64,000 nt of DNA. It comes from Candidatus Babeliales bacterium (GTDB taxonomy: Bacteria; Babelota; Babeliae; Babelales; RVW-14). A program made the position numbers and the translations under genes. Shown one piece after another: positions 18,046-26,761 of this stretch (positions within the stretch are counted from its first letter, which is position 1; each line of letters begins with the position of its first letter). The notes under the pieces are model-generated. The model was not told the origin of the DNA, did not search any database, and saw only the letters and a list, made by a program, of their open reading frames with translations. The stretch covers positions 15,078-79,077 of the forward strand of contig JAIERW010000005.1 of assembly GCA_019746485.1 (NCBI GenBank), read 5' to 3'.

Positions 18046-19227
18046 TCAATACCACGAATCAACATGCTCTAAACTAACCAACCATCCGCCATATTCGGGC
18101 GCAAAATAGCGTCTTGATTGAACTTCAAGCGTACGAAAAAATGGATGCCACTGATCAACAGTCACTCCTTCAAAGGCTCCGTACGGCAATGTTGATTTAT
18201 AAACCATCTGCTTGTCGGCCGAATAGGTAATAATAAATGTGTCACGCGTAATATCGCCGCAATTTGCTTTGTGAATACCATTGGTATCAAAAAGAAATAT
18301 GTCACCAGCTTTACCAAGCGCCTTAAAAACAACCGGTTCTTTACCAAACTTCTTTTGGTAATAGTCCAAATCACCCGGTATTCCAACGTATGTTTCATAA
18401 TCATGCGAAACGGCATGAGAGCCAAGAACGTACGACAAATGACGCGACCGCTCTTCAACATCACCCAACAAGATCATCATTTTCACACGCTGGCCAGATC
18501 TGTCATGATGCCAGTTAAAGATACTTACCGCTTTCCCGCCCGGCATGTAATGCGTAGCCCACCCTTTTACAATATAACCAACTTTGCCAAGATAATTATT
18601 AATTACTGAGCAAACCATTTCATTGCAACAAAAATCAACCAACGTTTGCGATAATTTGAAAGGATTGTTGCAATGGTAAACATTGGTTTCAGGCTCATAA
18701 TAATCATCTCGCCTTTTTTCTACCTTAATACCTCGCGCTCGCTGATCATCAATTGAATCAACAAATTTTTGAAAGTCTTTCTGCAGTTGAGCCAACTCGA
18801 CATCACTAATCAAGCCAGAAATACGAACTATACCATTGGCATTAAGCTCTTCAAGGTAAGCAAGCCCTTTTTCATCAAGTCGATCATCACAAAAACCAGG
18901 CTCTGGCAACCGTTGATAATATTCACGCACGCCATGCACAAAAGCTCTGGGAGCATTTTCAAGAAGTTGCTTATCACACAAACCATGACGCATAAGCAAT
19001 GCCGCAATTCGGTGGTCTGGGTTCTTGCCCCTAACTGCCAACGTAAAAAGATACGGATCAAGTTCTTGATTCTCTTGTCGATTTTCAAGCAACATTTTTA
19101 CCTGATCATAGTCACCCCACTCTATCGCACTGCTCAAATCATGAGAATTCAATTTCGTCGAAAAAACACAGAGCACAAAAAAAATATTCCCAAAAAAATT
19201 CACCCAACGCTTGAACTTTTTATTCAT
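18046..19227 (-). CDS. phytanoyl-CoA dioxygenase (PhyH)-like Fe(II)/2-oxoglutarate oxygenase with N-terminal signal/anchor
   Basis: Hydrophobic N-terminus WVNFFGNIFFVLCVFSTKLNS. HxD motif in NWHHDRSGQRVKMMILLGDV and a distal His in GDIFLFDTNGIHKAN. The N-terminal roughly 80 aa is weakly ankyrin-like (AIEWGDYDQVKMLLEN, LAVRGKNPDHRIAALLMRHG). Confidence 0.6.
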   Translation of the reverse strand: MNKKFKRWVNFFGNIFFVLCVFSTKLNSHDLSSAIEWGDYDQVKMLLENRQENQELDPYLFTLAVRGKNPDHRIAALLMRHGLCDKQLLENAPRAFVHGVREYYQRLPEPGFCDDRLDEKGLAYLEELNANGIVRISGLISDVELAQLQKDFQKFVDSIDDQRARGIKVEKRRDDYYEPETNVYHCNNPFKLSQTLVDFCCNEMVCSVINNYLGKVGYIVKGWATHYMPGGKAVSIFNWHHDRSGQRVKMMILLGDVEERSRHLSYVLGSHAVSHDYETYVGIPGDLDYYQKKFGKEPVVFKALGKAGDIFLFDTNGIHKANCGDITRDTFIITYSADKQMVYKSTLPYGAFEGVTVDQWHPFFRTLEVQSRRYFAPEYGGWLVSLEHVDSWY

Positions 19228-19296
19228 AATTCCTCCTCACACAATCCTTTTTAAAAAAACCACCTACACGCCAAAAAACTTTTATTATCAAGTCCT

Positions 19297-19373
19297 TGAC
19301 AAAGCTTTGTCATTTTAATTAACTTTTCATAATGTTGTCATAATGTTGTCATAGATTTTTAAAATTGACAAAG
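19297..19373. promoter_or_regulatory. operator-like repeats upstream of the Cys-rich family
   Basis: Perfect 16-bp palindrome tgacaaagctttgtca (19297-19312). Tandem tcataatgttg x2 then tcatag (19327-19353). A second ttgacaaag lies at 19365-19373. Confidence 0.45.
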
Positions 19374-19463
19374 ATAGGGAGGAGAATACGCGGAGGACAA
19401 AAAAGTTTTCTGTTCAGTTATGGGTAAGCAAAGACTTTATAATTAAAAAGGGAGAAGATCGCC

Positions 19464-20426
19464 ATGAATATGAAGAAAATTTTAGCACTTGCACTCGCGT
19501 TTGCTGTTTCACAATCAGGCTTGAAAGCAGATGAAACAACGCGCTTAATTGCTAAAGACCGTCAATTAATTACCAAGCATCTTCAAGTTGGTCAAAATGA
19601 AGATGGAAAAAGAAGAAATTTTGAAGCAACCGACAAAGCATTCTTTAGAAGAGGCCTGGTAAACGGTTCTGGCGGCAACCTTGATGAACAAGGTGTTTTT
19701 AAGTGCGGAAAACGTGAAGAAATAATGAGCATGTCATTCAACCCATCAACACAATTGATCTGCGTTGAATTTTGCGATTCAGGAGAAGCTGCGGCAGGCG
19801 CACTTATTGATGGGCTTGTTTTCTGCGGTGCAGCCACAACAGAAGATAACGAATTTGACAGCTCAATCGCACAAGTTATAACCAACATTGAACGCATGTA
19901 CCTCAACAATGGTACTGATGTTGACAATTGCTACCAAGATGGCTTCTATGAAACAATCAACACATCAACAGGTTGCGAAGCACAAGATTGCGACAATTTT
20001 TATGGATCAAATCTGAACAACGTTAGCTTTACCGAACACCCAATTCCACACGTTAACGACAACAAGAAAGTCTACATTGGCCTTTATAACGATGATGCAA
20101 AACAATTTTATTGCCAACAATATCCATTCGTGTTCCAAGATGGTGGCTGCGTGTTCCTAAACGTTAAGAGCTGCAACCTTAAAAGCGTAACCGTCGTTGA
20201 TTTGCCAAATGAAAACTTCAGCTCATTCCAAACAGTTTTGCAAGACAAAATTAAAGTCCAACTTAGCGGCTATAACATTTTCCAAATCTGGGCAGTTGCT
20301 GATGCAATTGTAGCAAACAACTATGCTGCAACATTGACAAACTTATTAGTAACCAACACCGAAGAATCAGTTTTGGAAGCTTGTAACTACATCCAAAACC
20401 TTGCTTGCCAAATATTCGGCTGCTAA
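19464..20426 (+). CDS. secreted cysteine-rich protein, family member 1 (most divergent)
   Basis: 320 aa. Signal peptide MNMKKILALALAFAVSQSGLKA. It shares family blocks with the next three genes: DRQLITKHLQVGQNEDGKRRNFE, FNPSTQLICVEFCD, VFCG, KKVYIGLYNDD, GGCVFLNVKSCNLKSVTVVDLP, VLQDKI and FQIW. Confidence 0.75.
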   Translation: MNMKKILALALAFAVSQSGLKADETTRLIAKDRQLITKHLQVGQNEDGKRRNFEATDKAFFRRGLVNGSGGNLDEQGVFKCGKREEIMSMSFNPSTQLICVEFCDSGEAAAGALIDGLVFCGAATTEDNEFDSSIAQVITNIERMYLNNGTDVDNCYQDGFYETINTSTGCEAQDCDNFYGSNLNNVSFTEHPIPHVNDNKKVYIGLYNDDAKQFYCQQYPFVFQDGGCVFLNVKSCNLKSVTVVDLPNENFSSFQTVLQDKIKVQLSGYNIFQIWAVADAIVANNYAATLTNLLVTNTEESVLEACNYIQNLACQIFGC

Positions 20427-20470
20427 ACGATAAGCAACTTTTGACACACGCAGTATTTTTCAAATCTAAT

Positions 20471-20498
20471 CGGGGCAGGTACAACAGTGCCTGCCCCG
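20471..20498 (+). terminator. conserved ggcagg/cctgcc hairpin after family member 1 (no clear T-tract)
   Basis: cggggcagg, 10 nt loop, cctgccccg. The core is the same as the hairpins after members 2 and 3. Confidence 0.4.
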
Positions 20499-20543
20499 AT
20501 TGACATAAACAAGTTAGCTACAAAAAAAATAAGGATACAGACC

Positions 20544-21527
20544 ATGAAGAATTTATCAGCAAAGATTGTGCTCTTAAGCATAATCGCACTCTCATTGCCA
20601 ACAGCGCATTCAAAAGATATGCCAACCCGCTTGGCCACAACCGATCGTCAAATTATCAATAACAATCTTCAAATTGGTAAAAACGACACCGACAAGACCA
20701 GAAGAGATTTAGAAGTTACACGCGAAACGTTTTTGCGTAAAAACCTGGTAGTTGGCAGTGGCAGTAATTTGGACGAACAAGGCAACAGAAATTGTGGATG
20801 CAACCGAACCATTGGCACCTATGATTTTAATCCCAATACCCAGCTTTTGTGCATAGAATTTTGCAACAATGACTCAGATAGCAATGGCGCTTGGATGGAT
20901 CTAAATTTCTGTGGCAAAGCAGTACCAAGAGATCAACAAGAAGAACTTGAATCAATTATTCCTATTTCTTCTACCTACACCGGCCTCTTTGTGTCAAGCA
21001 GCGATCCTGAAGACAACAGTGGTCTCTGGGCAAACTCCACCGTTATTCGTGACGACCAAGGCAATGACAACGGCCCAAGTGGCACCAGCTTATACAATTT
21101 TCGTTTTATAGAAGACTTATATCCTTATAAAACAGGACCATGCGTAGATAGCACCAAGGTATACGTTGGCATTTACGACAATGATGAAAACGACAAGGCA
21201 TTTTATCTTCAAAATGAATATGACTACGTTTTTCAAGAAGGCTGTCTGTTTGCCGACGTTAAATCTTGTAATATTAAGCACGTAAGCGTTGTCGATATTC
21301 CACAAGAATTTTTTACATTTGATCAAATTCTTCAAGACAAAATCGCATACATTGTGTGCAGCGAACAAAATAATGTTTTCCAAGTTTTTGGCGTTGCACA
21401 TTACATAGCAATCACCGCAGGCCTTGAAGCCGCACTAACAGCACTTCTTAATGGCAATGAGTCAGAAGTAGAACAAGCTTGCACTCAAATTTACGGCATT
21501 TGGCTTAATTTGTATGTTTGTGATTAA
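20544..21527 (+). CDS. secreted cysteine-rich protein, family member 2
   Basis: Start at the ATG at 20544 (RBS aagga, MKNLSAKIVLLSIIALSLPTAHS). Blocks TRLATTDRQIINNNLQIGKND..RRDLEVTRETF, NCGCNRT, FNPNTQLLCIEFCNNDSDSNGAW, NFCGK, LWANSTVIRDDQGNDN and GCLFADVKSCNIKHVSVVDIPQ. Confidence 0.8.
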   Translation: MKNLSAKIVLLSIIALSLPTAHSKDMPTRLATTDRQIINNNLQIGKNDTDKTRRDLEVTRETFLRKNLVVGSGSNLDEQGNRNCGCNRTIGTYDFNPNTQLLCIEFCNNDSDSNGAWMDLNFCGKAVPRDQQEELESIIPISSTYTGLFVSSSDPEDNSGLWANSTVIRDDQGNDNGPSGTSLYNFRFIEDLYPYKTGPCVDSTKVYVGIYDNDENDKAFYLQNEYDYVFQEGCLFADVKSCNIKHVSVVDIPQEFFTFDQILQDKIAYIVCSEQNNVFQVFGVAHYIAITAGLEAALTALLNGNESEVEQACTQIYGIWLNLYVCD

Positions 21528-21569
21528 TTCGTTGCAACTAAAACATTGAAATACATAGAAAAAACAAAG

Positions 21570-21598
21570 CGAGGCAGGTGAACACAACACCTGCCTCG
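21570..21598 (+). terminator. hairpin after family member 2
   Basis: cgaggcaggtg, loop aacacaa, cacctgcctcg, then tttact. Confidence 0.5.
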
Positions 21599-21624
21599 TT
21601 TACTATCCACAAGGACACATGCTT

Positions 21625-22614
21625 ATGAAAACTCTCTATGCAAAGATTGTGCTTTTAAGCATAATCACCTTAACTTTCACCGTAGCCCACGCAGAAGAAA
21701 GTATTACACGTCTCTCCCCAACCAACCGTCAAATCATAGAAAAAAACGTTCAAATTGGCCAAAACGACAAAAATGCCAACCGAAGAGATTTAGAAGTTAC
21801 TCGCGAAACATTTTGTCGCAACAAAGTTGTTATTGGGAGCGGCGGTAATATCGGTGATGATAACACCAGAAATTGTGGTTGCTGCCGAACACTCAGCGAA
21901 TTTGATTTTAACCCAAATACCCAACTTTTGTGCATAGAATTTTGTGATACTGACGTAAATAGTAATGGTGCATGGCTTGACATTAACTTCTGTGGTAAGG
22001 CAATCCCACGCAAAAGTCAATGCTATTTAGACCCAACAATACCTATCTCTTCAACTTATACCCGTTTTTTTGTTTCCTGTAGCGATCCTGCAGATGACAG
22101 CTACCTCTGGGCAAATTCTACCGTTATTCGTGACGACCAAGGAAATGATAACTGCCCAGATGGAACCTGCTTGTACAGTTTTCGTGTCATCGCTGCTCAA
22201 TATCCCTACATTCCAACACCAAGTACGCAAAGCACCAAAGTATATATCGGTCTTTATGACAACGACAGCTCAGACATGGCATTTTATTTAAAGAACTGTT
22301 ATGACTACATCTTTCTTAAAGGTTGTCTTTTTGTAGATGCAGTATCTTGTCAAATAAAACACATGAGCATTGTTAACATCCCACAAAATATTTTTGCTTT
22401 TGAGCAAATACTCCAAAATAAGATTATCAGCACCGTTTGCAACCAAGAAGGCAACAACGTCTTTCAAACTTTTGGCGTTGCAAAAAAAATTGCAGAAACT
22501 CAAGGACTTGCAGAAACACTCACGGATCTTCTTAAAGGTTCGCAAACGCAAGTGCAAAACGCGTGTGACCAAATTTTGGCAATCTGGCAACAGCTGTATA
22601 TCGTCATAACATAA
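21625..22614 (+). CDS. secreted cysteine-rich protein, family member 3
   Basis: MKTLYAKIVLLSIITLTFTVAHA. It has the same blocks as member 2 (NCGCCRT, LLCIEFCDTDVNSNGAW, NFCGK, LWANSTVIRDDQGNDNCPDG, GCLFVDAVSCQIKHMSIVNIPQ). The ATG at 21619 is an alternative start. Confidence 0.8.
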   Translation: MKTLYAKIVLLSIITLTFTVAHAEESITRLSPTNRQIIEKNVQIGQNDKNANRRDLEVTRETFCRNKVVIGSGGNIGDDNTRNCGCCRTLSEFDFNPNTQLLCIEFCDTDVNSNGAWLDINFCGKAIPRKSQCYLDPTIPISSTYTRFFVSCSDPADDSYLWANSTVIRDDQGNDNCPDGTCLYSFRVIAAQYPYIPTPSTQSTKVYIGLYDNDSSDMAFYLKNCYDYIFLKGCLFVDAVSCQIKHMSIVNIPQNIFAFEQILQNKIISTVCNQEGNNVFQTFGVAKKIAETQGLAETLTDLLKGSQTQVQNACDQILAIWQQLYIVIT

Positions 22615-22621
22615 AAAAAAT

Positions 22622-22651
22622 TGAGGCAGGTTTTTTAAAAAACCTGCCTCA
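22622..22651. terminator. perfect 30-nt palindromic hairpin after family member 3
   Basis: tgaggcaggtttttt/aaaaaacctgcctca. Confidence 0.55.
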
Positions 22652-22676
22652 GTCAAAATAACAAGGACACATGATT

Positions 22677-23696
22677 ATGAAAACTTTCTATTCAAAGATT
22701 GTGCTTCTTAGCATAATCACGCTCACAGCACCAACCGCACATGCAAAAGATATGCCAACACGCTTGGCCACAACCGACCGTCAAATTATCAACAACAATC
22801 TTCAAATTGGTAAAAATGACAGCGATAAAACAAGAAGAGACTTAGAAGTTACACGCGAAGCATTTTTGCGTAGTAACCTTATTGTAGGCAGTGGCAGCAA
22901 CTTGGACGAACAAGGCAACAGAAACTGCGGATGCAATAGAACTCTTGGGACATTTCCCTTTAACCCAAACACTCAACTTCTTTGCATAGAATTTTGCAAC
23001 AATGACAGCGACAGCAATGGGGCTTGGCTCAACATGACTTTCTGCGGCAAAGTAGCTCCAAGACCCGAAGAAGCGGAAGAAGCGCAAGAGGAACAAGAAG
23101 AACTGGAAGCGCTTATTCCCATATCTTCTACCTACACACGCCTTTTTGTATCCAGTTCCGATGTTACTGACAGCTATCTTTGGGCAAACTCTACCGTTAT
23201 TCGCGATGACCAAGGCAATGATAACTGTCCAAACGGCGCTTGCATAAGTTCTTTTGACTTCATCAATGACCAATATCCCTACATAACAAATACACAAACA
23301 GAAAGCACAAAAATCTATGTTGGCATTTACGATAACAACCAAAACGATTTTGCTTTTTATCTTCAAAACACCTACGACTATCTCTTTACCCAAGGTTGTC
23401 TCTTTGTTGACCAAATATCGTGCAATATTAAAAATATCAAAGTCGTTGATATTCCACAGGATTTTTTCTCTCTTAGCCCAATTTTACGAGAAAAAATCGT
23501 TTCGGTTATTACTGGGCTGGAAGAAAACCACAATGTCTTTCAGATTTTTGGGGTAGCACAACTGATAGCAACGTACCCAGAACTTGCCAACTTACTCACT
23601 GAATTTCTTCTTTCTGAAGATGAAGAACTAATAGAAGAAGTTTGCTTCTTCATTGAGTTAATTTGGTACTATTTATATGTCGCAATGATAATATAA
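22677..23696 (+). CDS. secreted cysteine-rich protein, family member 4 (with acidic EEAEEAQEEQEELE insert)
   Basis: MKTFYSKIVLLSIITLTAPTAHA. The N-terminal roughly 115 aa is nearly identical to member 2 (KDMPTRLATTDRQIINNNLQIGKND..KTRRDLEVTRE). The ATG at 22671 is an alternative start. Confidence 0.8.
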   Translation: MKTFYSKIVLLSIITLTAPTAHAKDMPTRLATTDRQIINNNLQIGKNDSDKTRRDLEVTREAFLRSNLIVGSGSNLDEQGNRNCGCNRTLGTFPFNPNTQLLCIEFCNNDSDSNGAWLNMTFCGKVAPRPEEAEEAQEEQEELEALIPISSTYTRLFVSSSDVTDSYLWANSTVIRDDQGNDNCPNGACISSFDFINDQYPYITNTQTESTKIYVGIYDNNQNDFAFYLQNTYDYLFTQGCLFVDQISCNIKNIKVVDIPQDFFSLSPILREKIVSVITGLEENHNVFQIFGVAQLIATYPELANLLTEFLLSEDEELIEEVCFFIELIWYYLYVAMII

Positions 23697-23712
23697 ATAT
23701 CCAACGTTCATG

Positions 23713-23750
23713 AAAAAAGGGACTGTCATAACCGACAGTCCCTTTTTTTT
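23713..23750. terminator. bidirectional rho-independent terminator between family member 4 and lon
   Basis: aaaaaa-gggactgtc-ataacc-gacagtccc-tttttttt. Confidence 0.85.
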
Positions 23751-23761
23751 GTTTGCTTTGC

Positions 23762-26215
23762 TTATTTCTTTTTTGACGTTTTCTTAGTCACTGGTGACTT
23801 TTTAGTCGTCTTCTTTTTCTTCTTTTTTGGCGCTACTTTGCGCGTTCTAAACGGCGATTCAGTTAACGCGTGCTTTAATACATCGTCAATGGTAGTTGCG
23901 TAAACAACAGTCAGCTTTGCATCAAGCTCATTTTTGAACTCTTGCACATCTCGCTCATTAGCTTTAGGCACAATAACCGTCATTTTGTCAAAACGAATTG
24001 CTGCCAGCAGCTTTTCTTTAAGCCCACCAATAGCCAACACACGCCCATTTAACGTAGCTTCACCAGTCATGGCTACATCTGCCTTCACGGGAATCTTGGT
24101 CAAAGCTGAAATCAAACCGGTTGCCATGGTAACACCTGCCGAAGGGCCATCTTTTGGAATAGCGCCTTCAGGAATATGAATATGAATATCAACATCAGCA
24201 TAGAAATTGTCTTTAAGGCCAAAATCTTTAGCACGTGAACGAGTATAGCTCATGGCGGCCTGGGCCGACTCTTGCATAACTTCGCCAAGCTGACCGGTAA
24301 GCGTTAAAGCACCCTTGCCCGGCAAAATGGTTACTTCTATTTCTAGAACGTCTCCACCAACTTCTGTCCATGCCAACCCGGTAACTAAACCTATCGCATT
24401 TTCTGCCTTGGTGTCGGGGCGACGGAACGGCGGCGAGCCAAACCATTTTTCAATAAGCTCATCAGTAACTACAACAGATGTGCACTTTTTATTGCTCAGC
24501 ATTTCTTGAATACACTTACGTGCAACTTTTGCCAGGCCCCGCTCAAGCTGACGAACACCCGCTTCCTTGGTGTACTCATCAATAATCTTTACGAGTACCT
24601 TGTCTGACATATTTACATGCGAAGACTCAAGGGCATGCTCTTTAAATACTTTTGGCAACAAAAACTTTTTGGCTATAGCAATTTTTTCTTCAAGCGTATA
24701 ACCAGAAAGATTAATCATTTCCATACGATCAAGCAGCGGATATGGAATATTGTCTGCCACATTGGCGGTAGTAATAAACATAACTTTAGACAAATCGTAT
24801 CCAACTTCTAAAAAGTTGTCTGAAAAGTCTTTGTTTTGTTCCGGATCAAGCACTTCAAGTAACGCTGATGCTGGATCACCTCTAAAATCCATAGCCATTT
24901 TGTCAATTTCGTCGAGCAAAATGATCGGATTAATAACACCAGCTTTTTTCATAACTTGAATAATTTTTCCTGGCATAGCACCAATGTAGGTTCTACGATG
25001 TCCGCGAATTTCTGCTTCATCACGCATACCACCCAACGAAATACGAACCATTTTGCGACCAAGCGCGTCGGCAATTGATTGGGCAAGAGAAGTCTTACCA
25101 ACACCCGGAGGGCCCGCTAAACACAAAATTGGGGCACGCTTGAGCTGATCTTTGGCAAACTTGCGAGCAGCCAAAAATTCAATAACACGCTCTTTTGGTT
25201 TTTTCATGCTGGCATGAGACGAATCAAGCATCGCTTCAGCTTGTTTTAAGCTTACCGTATCTTTAGTTCCCTTGTGCCATGGCAACTCGATAAGCCAGTC
25301 AACATAATTTCTGCTCACCGAAGCTTCTGGCGAAGTTGGCTGCATTTGTTCAAGACGCTTAAGTTCTGCATCAACCTTTTCCATAGCTTCAGCAGGTAAC
25401 TTGCATTTATTAGCACGCTTACGCAAGTCAGCAATCTCAAGCTGATAATCTTCGCGACCAAGTTCGCGCTGAATAGCACGCATCTGTTCGGTAAGATAGT
25501 AATCACGCTGATGCTTTTCAACTTGGCTTTGTACACGCTTACGAATACTTTTTTCAGCCTTTAAAATCTCAAGTTCACTTCTCAGCAAAACCGCCAAGCG
25601 CAAAGCACGTTCTTTAATATCAATAGTTTCTAAAATTTGCTGACGTTCGTAAAAATCAAGGTGCATATGCACCGCAATTGTGTCAGCCAGATAGTCAAGA
25701 TCTTGTGGTCCTTTAAAAAGTCCCAAAACATCGGTAGACATTTTTTCGTTCAAATTGACGTACTCTTTGAATAGCTCATAAAGATTACGCCACAGGGCTG
25801 TGTTATCGGCAGAATCTTCTACCGGAACTGGAATTAAATCTTCAGCCAAAACACTCAAATAATCGTCTGAATTGGTAACTTCAACAATGCGTGAGCGCGC
25901 CAAACCTTCAATCAAAATTTTCAGCGTGCCATTGGCCATGCGAGCAACTTGCAAAATATGCGCACGCGTCCCATAGTCAAAAAGATCTTCCTTGCCAGGC
26001 TTATCAACATCTGAAGACCGCTGAGCAGTTACAAAAACTTGCTTATTGGCAGCCATGGCAGCATCAACCGCTTTAATTGAAAAGTCGCGACCAACAACAA
26101 CAGGGATTATACTCTTGGGTAATGCAACAAGATTACGCAGGGGCAAAACAGGCAAAACAACCTGACTACCCTTTTCATAGCCTTGTTCTATTCCGTGATT
26201 ATCAGGTTTCTTCAT
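23762..26215 (-). CDS. lon: ATP-dependent Lon protease (LonA) with lysine-rich C-terminal extension
   Basis: 817 aa. N-terminal LON domain (LPVLPLRNLVALP). Walker A GPPGVGKTSLAQSIA, Walker B ILLDEIDK, and protease active-site PKDGPSAGVTMATGLISAL. The C-terminal tail is RTRKVAPKKKKKKTTKKSPVTKKTSKKK. Confidence 0.95.
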   Translation of the reverse strand: MKKPDNHGIEQGYEKGSQVVLPVLPLRNLVALPKSIIPVVVGRDFSIKAVDAAMAANKQVFVTAQRSSDVDKPGKEDLFDYGTRAHILQVARMANGTLKILIEGLARSRIVEVTNSDDYLSVLAEDLIPVPVEDSADNTALWRNLYELFKEYVNLNEKMSTDVLGLFKGPQDLDYLADTIAVHMHLDFYERQQILETIDIKERALRLAVLLRSELEILKAEKSIRKRVQSQVEKHQRDYYLTEQMRAIQRELGREDYQLEIADLRKRANKCKLPAEAMEKVDAELKRLEQMQPTSPEASVSRNYVDWLIELPWHKGTKDTVSLKQAEAMLDSSHASMKKPKERVIEFLAARKFAKDQLKRAPILCLAGPPGVGKTSLAQSIADALGRKMVRISLGGMRDEAEIRGHRRTYIGAMPGKIIQVMKKAGVINPIILLDEIDKMAMDFRGDPASALLEVLDPEQNKDFSDNFLEVGYDLSKVMFITTANVADNIPYPLLDRMEMINLSGYTLEEKIAIAKKFLLPKVFKEHALESSHVNMSDKVLVKIIDEYTKEAGVRQLERGLAKVARKCIQEMLSNKKCTSVVVTDELIEKWFGSPPFRRPDTKAENAIGLVTGLAWTEVGGDVLEIEVTILPGKGALTLTGQLGEVMQESAQAAMSYTRSRAKDFGLKDNFYADVDIHIHIPEGAIPKDGPSAGVTMATGLISALTKIPVKADVAMTGEATLNGRVLAIGGLKEKLLAAIRFDKMTVIVPKANERDVQEFKNELDAKLTVVYATTIDDVLKHALTESPFRTRKVAPKKKKKKTTKKSPVTKKTSKKK

Positions 26216-26761
26216 GTTTTATTCTTAATTTTATTAGTTTTAGTAATCAACATACGTTTGAACCCTATGATTTTACAACAATAAAATAGGCTTGTAAATA
26301 CGAGAAAAAAACGACTAGATCGACAAAAAGTCACCCCATCTTACAAACAAGCCTGCACCAACAAAGCACAAATAGTATTCTACCTGAAACAAACACCCTT
26401 ATTTATACGAAAAATCAACAACAATCAACAAAATCCCCACTTTTTCCAATTGACTTTATACCCGAGCACTTTATACTGAAACTATCTAAAACATAGGACT
26501 TGTAGGCCCTTTTATTTAATTTCACCACCATAATGAAGTTTAATAAGTACGATACGTTTAATAAGTACACGGCCATAGCTCTCAGCGGGTGCTCTAATCC
26601 GCCATCACTTTGCACGCCATTATTTCTAGCACAAAAATTTTTTAAATTTCATTTTTCTTTTTTACGAAGTCGGGTATCTTGTTGTTCCCAGCTTTTCTTA
26701 ACAGATAGAAAAGACAGGCGTTACCAAATTATTACCAATAATCCTTTTTTATGGAGTGATC

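Noticed and set aside
18769-19254. 161-aa plus-strand ORF
   Set aside because: It is antisense to the PhyH-like oxygenase gene and has no RBS or motif.
22842-23414. 190-aa minus-strand ORF
   Set aside because: It is antisense to Cys-rich family member 4. The plus-strand frame is conserved across four paralogs, and this frame is not.
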